A DNA stretch of 64,000 nucleotides from Geosiphon pyriformis uo1 (taxonomy: Eukaryota > Fungi > Glomeromycota). The notes beneath the pieces are model-generated. The model was not told the origin of the DNA. It saw only the letters and a program-made list of their open reading frames with translations, and did no database searches. Shown piece by piece: positions 62,897-64,000 of the stretch. Location: positions 496,001 to 560,000 of the forward strand of contig JAAOMT010000657.1 of assembly GCA_016748015.1 (NCBI GenBank). Direction: 5' to 3'. Made by a program: the position numbers and the translations under genes. Each line of letters starts with the position of its first letter. The first letter of the stretch is position 1.

Positions 62897-63922
62897 TTAA
62901 TAAAATAAAACGCGTGTCTTAGAATCCTCATCGTCAACAGCTTTCAATCTTTGATTTATCTTTTTCATGCCCAGCAATTGCACCAAATCTTCTGTATACT
63001 CTGGTACATGAAATATCGTTCTTTTCTTCTCATCTCTCCAACTTGTCTCAATGAGAATATGTTTTAATCGAAATAAACGCAATGAATCAGACTCTCTCAA
63101 GAGTTTTAAAGTTCTGTTAAGAGTTCCAACTGCAATATTGAAAGAATTATTTCTCAGAAATCGCTCTAGTCCTTGAAGCTTTAACTTTTTTGAAAACAAT
63201 TTCAAAATGGTTTCATTTTTTATAGCAATGCTTCCCTCGGTCTTAATCACGCGAATTATATTCGTTGCACGCTCTCTTGATAGGGTCAATATTAGCAGTA
63301 GAGGCGCGCCTTGTTGTCCAAATAACGGCGGCTTTAAGAGATTCCAATGGTTTGGTATATATCTCTTGATAAACGCCGTCATGTTATCAAGGGAACGTAG
63401 CTTCAAAAATTGACTAGTATCTATGAAAATGTCTTCAGTCAATTCTCGCTCCCCCAACTCTTCTACAGAGAGCTTTTTTACTAACCGTTGTTTAAGGGAC
63501 CCCAAACAATTGTGAGTGGCAATTTTATTTGCACGAGATATTTTTTTTGCCCTCTTTTTCTGCTTGAGCTTCTTGATTGTAATAAGGGCAATTCCAAGGT
63601 CTTTTCCTTCTTTCTTTTCTTCTGCGTCTTTCACATCAATTGCGGTGCTGTTTTTCGTTGCCCCTTGATTTTCTTCTCCCTCAGAGGAGAGCTCTTCGAA
63701 AAAAATATCCAAAAAATGTCCCCTTGATCCTTGATACGGCTTTTTCTGTATTGAGCTACATTTATTCATATCTTTTTCTTCTCCCTCAGAGGAGAGCTCA
63801 ATATCCAAAAAATGTCTCCTTGATCCTTGATACGGCTTTTTCTGTATTGGGCTACATTTATTCAAATCTTTTTCTTCCACATTATCACTCTCTTCTCTTC
63901 TTTTGGGTGTTTGTAAACTCAT
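62897..63922 (-). CDS. CMS1: CMS1/CMSS1-like 90S pre-ribosome factor, divergent and intronless
   Basis: GAPLLLILTLSRERA, KLFSKKLKL, IAVGTLNR and SWRDEKKRTIFHVPE follow the CMS1 degenerate helicase pattern; ~33-aa duplication at the N-terminus. Confidence 0.8.
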   Translation of the reverse strand: MSLQTPKRREESDNVEEKDLNKCSPIQKKPYQGSRRHFLDIELSSEGEEKDMNKCSSIQKKPYQGSRGHFLDIFFEELSSEGEENQGATKNSTAIDVKDAEEKKEGKDLGIALITIKKLKQKKRAKKISRANKIATHNCLGSLKQRLVKKLSVEELGERELTEDIFIDTSQFLKLRSLDNMTAFIKRYIPNHWNLLKPPLFGQQGAPLLLILTLSRERATNIIRVIKTEGSIAIKNETILKLFSKKLKLQGLERFLRNNSFNIAVGTLNRTLKLLRESDSLRLFRLKHILIETSWRDEKKRTIFHVPEYTEDLVQLLGMKKINQRLKAVDDEDSKTRVLFY

Positions 63923-64000
63923 GAAGTTATGGACTACTTCCAGAAATACAGTGAAACTTAACGATCAATCACGTATAAAACTTTTTAATTTTCTATCCAA

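Overview
This is AT-rich, intron-containing fungal nuclear DNA. Gene and transposon content point to Glomeromycotina, most plausibly Geosiphon pyriformis or a relative; this is inferred, not searched. Left arm: the 5' 4.2 kb of IML1/DEPDC5, then three related secreted-protein genes. Two are head-to-head, 4-exon Lipase_3-fold genes with long mucin-like repeat stalks, and in both the catalytic GxSxG serine is replaced by aspartate (GFDTG, GHDSG). The third is stalk-only and stops where the lipase domain should begin. After these come a UGA-containing HAD-like relic that looks like Mollicutes endobacterial DNA, a decayed pseudogene, RAD51D and a Sel1-repeat gene. Centre (about 23-51 kb): a transposon graveyard with a near full-length RNase H-bearing LINE, several older LINE relics, a solo LTR at an apparent rearrangement breakpoint, and a complete Ty3/Gypsy element nested in a LINE that carries an extra intact 3' ORF. 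All are riddled with C>T/G>A transitions and grade into nearly pure A/T blocks, a RIP-like signature. Right arm: a two-finger GATA factor, then METTL16, SEN34 and a divergent CMS1. Exon models and counts were done by hand.
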